Shown here: one piece after another, positions 62,923 through 64,000 of the stretch
How the letters are laid out: each line of letters opens with the position of its first letter
Numbering within the stretch: position 1 is the first letter of the stretch
Origin: the human T2T-CHM13v2.0 reference genome, Homo sapiens
Assembly (NCBI RefSeq): GCF_009914755.1
Contig: NC_060939.1
Reading direction: 5' to 3' (one strand)
Length of the DNA: 64,000 bases
Notes under the pieces: generated by a model
Seen by the model: the letters and a program-made list of their open reading frames with translations, nothing else
Database searches by the model: none
Told to the model about the DNA's origin: nothing
Made by a program: the position numbers and the translations under genes

Positions 62923-64000
62923 GACAAAAAAACACAATGGTAAAATAATCCTCCTCCCAGTTTTCATATTCTGATATTGTTGTTTTTGAAACGTGATAGC
63001 TGGGTTTTCCTTTAGACTCTCTCTACTTTATAAAATACTTCTAAAAATGTCCAAAGTCACACTCCACACACTAGAACCCTGCCAGCTGTTTCATGAACAC
63101 ATGCCCAAGTGAAGTCAGGGAGTGGTTGAGGGAATATTTACTGTTTTATTCAAATCCATCCCCCACTGTTAAAATAACAATGCGTGCTATAATAATAGAT
63201 GAATATTATTATTGTAGTATTTGAAAGATAATACATTTTTATTCCTTAAACGTTTAAATTTATTATTAACAAAATAGCCCTCTCCTAGGAGCCTTGGCAC
63301 CTATAAAATATTTTAAAACAGTATTCTTACCCTCTTTTTGTCATTTTTTTATCCCTTTGAAAATATTAAGAAAGCTACAGACCCTCTAAACCAGAAAAGT
63401 TGTAAGGCGAAAGTCTAGTTAACTCCAGGTTAAGAACGCCTGCTTGTAGATAAGGTCCCCATTCTCAAGGCATTTGCAGTCTCCTGGGTAGAACTTTTTG
63501 GGAACTTCTGTTCTGAAATCCCCTTAAGAATCCATCACACTTTTTGTACATATTCTTAGTAGTGGCATCTTTATCCTCTTGGGGTAGATTGAAGTTAAAA
63601 GGAAAAAAAGAAGCCAAAGGTCATTTGGCACTAAAGCTGATGAATACAATGTGCAATGAAACTGAGTATTACCTTTTTTGGTAAAAACAAATAGGGAGTA
63701 GAGTAATAGGGCCCTTTTTCTTTCTGACACATAAACTGGCTCTGTAAGCAATTCCAAAAGAGGATTTCCAGAAAAGATCTGGGCAATACAGCATCATCAC
63801 AATAAGTGGGTATCTTCCATTTCTCTGCCCAATATTTAGGGGGCAGATGATAAGGGGAAATTTGGATGCATAAATTCTAATTTCTACCACTTTAATTAAA
63901 TGAAATCAGTCTCATTACCATATATATCCTGTTTCCAGTAGTTTACATGTATCAAACTTTTACCATGTAGCAGGTACTGTGCTGAATGCTCTCCATGCTT

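Noticed and set aside
63440-63890. Possible minus-strand coding exons near the window end
   Set aside because: Splice-like motifs exist, but the translations resemble no protein I recognise and are short enough to be chance.

Overview
Primate, very probably human, euchromatic DNA; the AluYg6 at 56930-57238 belongs to a human-lineage subfamily. The window is repeat-dense and contains no host protein-coding exon I can recognise. Main contents: (1) a full-length L1PA2-like LINE-1 on the minus strand (32915-38929) with intact ORF1, a twice-frameshifted ORF2 and a short 3' transduction carrying its own AATAAA and second poly(A), all inside one target-site duplication (TSD); (2) a processed pseudogene of RLIM/RNF12 on the plus strand (48431-53598) that reaches the 5'UTR, has a perfect 18-bp TSD, sits in an old HAL1/L1M element and is itself interrupted by a 5'-truncated L1PA3-like copy; (3) a complete THE1B-like MaLR provirus; (4) a near-perfect AluYg6; (5) many older L1M, L2, MIR, Alu, LTR and hAT fragments; (6) several local duplications with templated or inverted junctions. 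Most ORFs in the six-frame track are repeat-derived or chance. I found no demonstrable new biological system. The best leads are the 3' transduction, a possible L1 antisense-promoter-driven RLIM retrocopy transcript, an Arg387Cys-equivalent codon in the retrocopy, a 2.1-kb L1 with its 5' and 3' ends fused inside one TSD, and a hairpin-associated complex duplication. Repeat subfamily names come from remembered consensus sequences, not from an alignment run.
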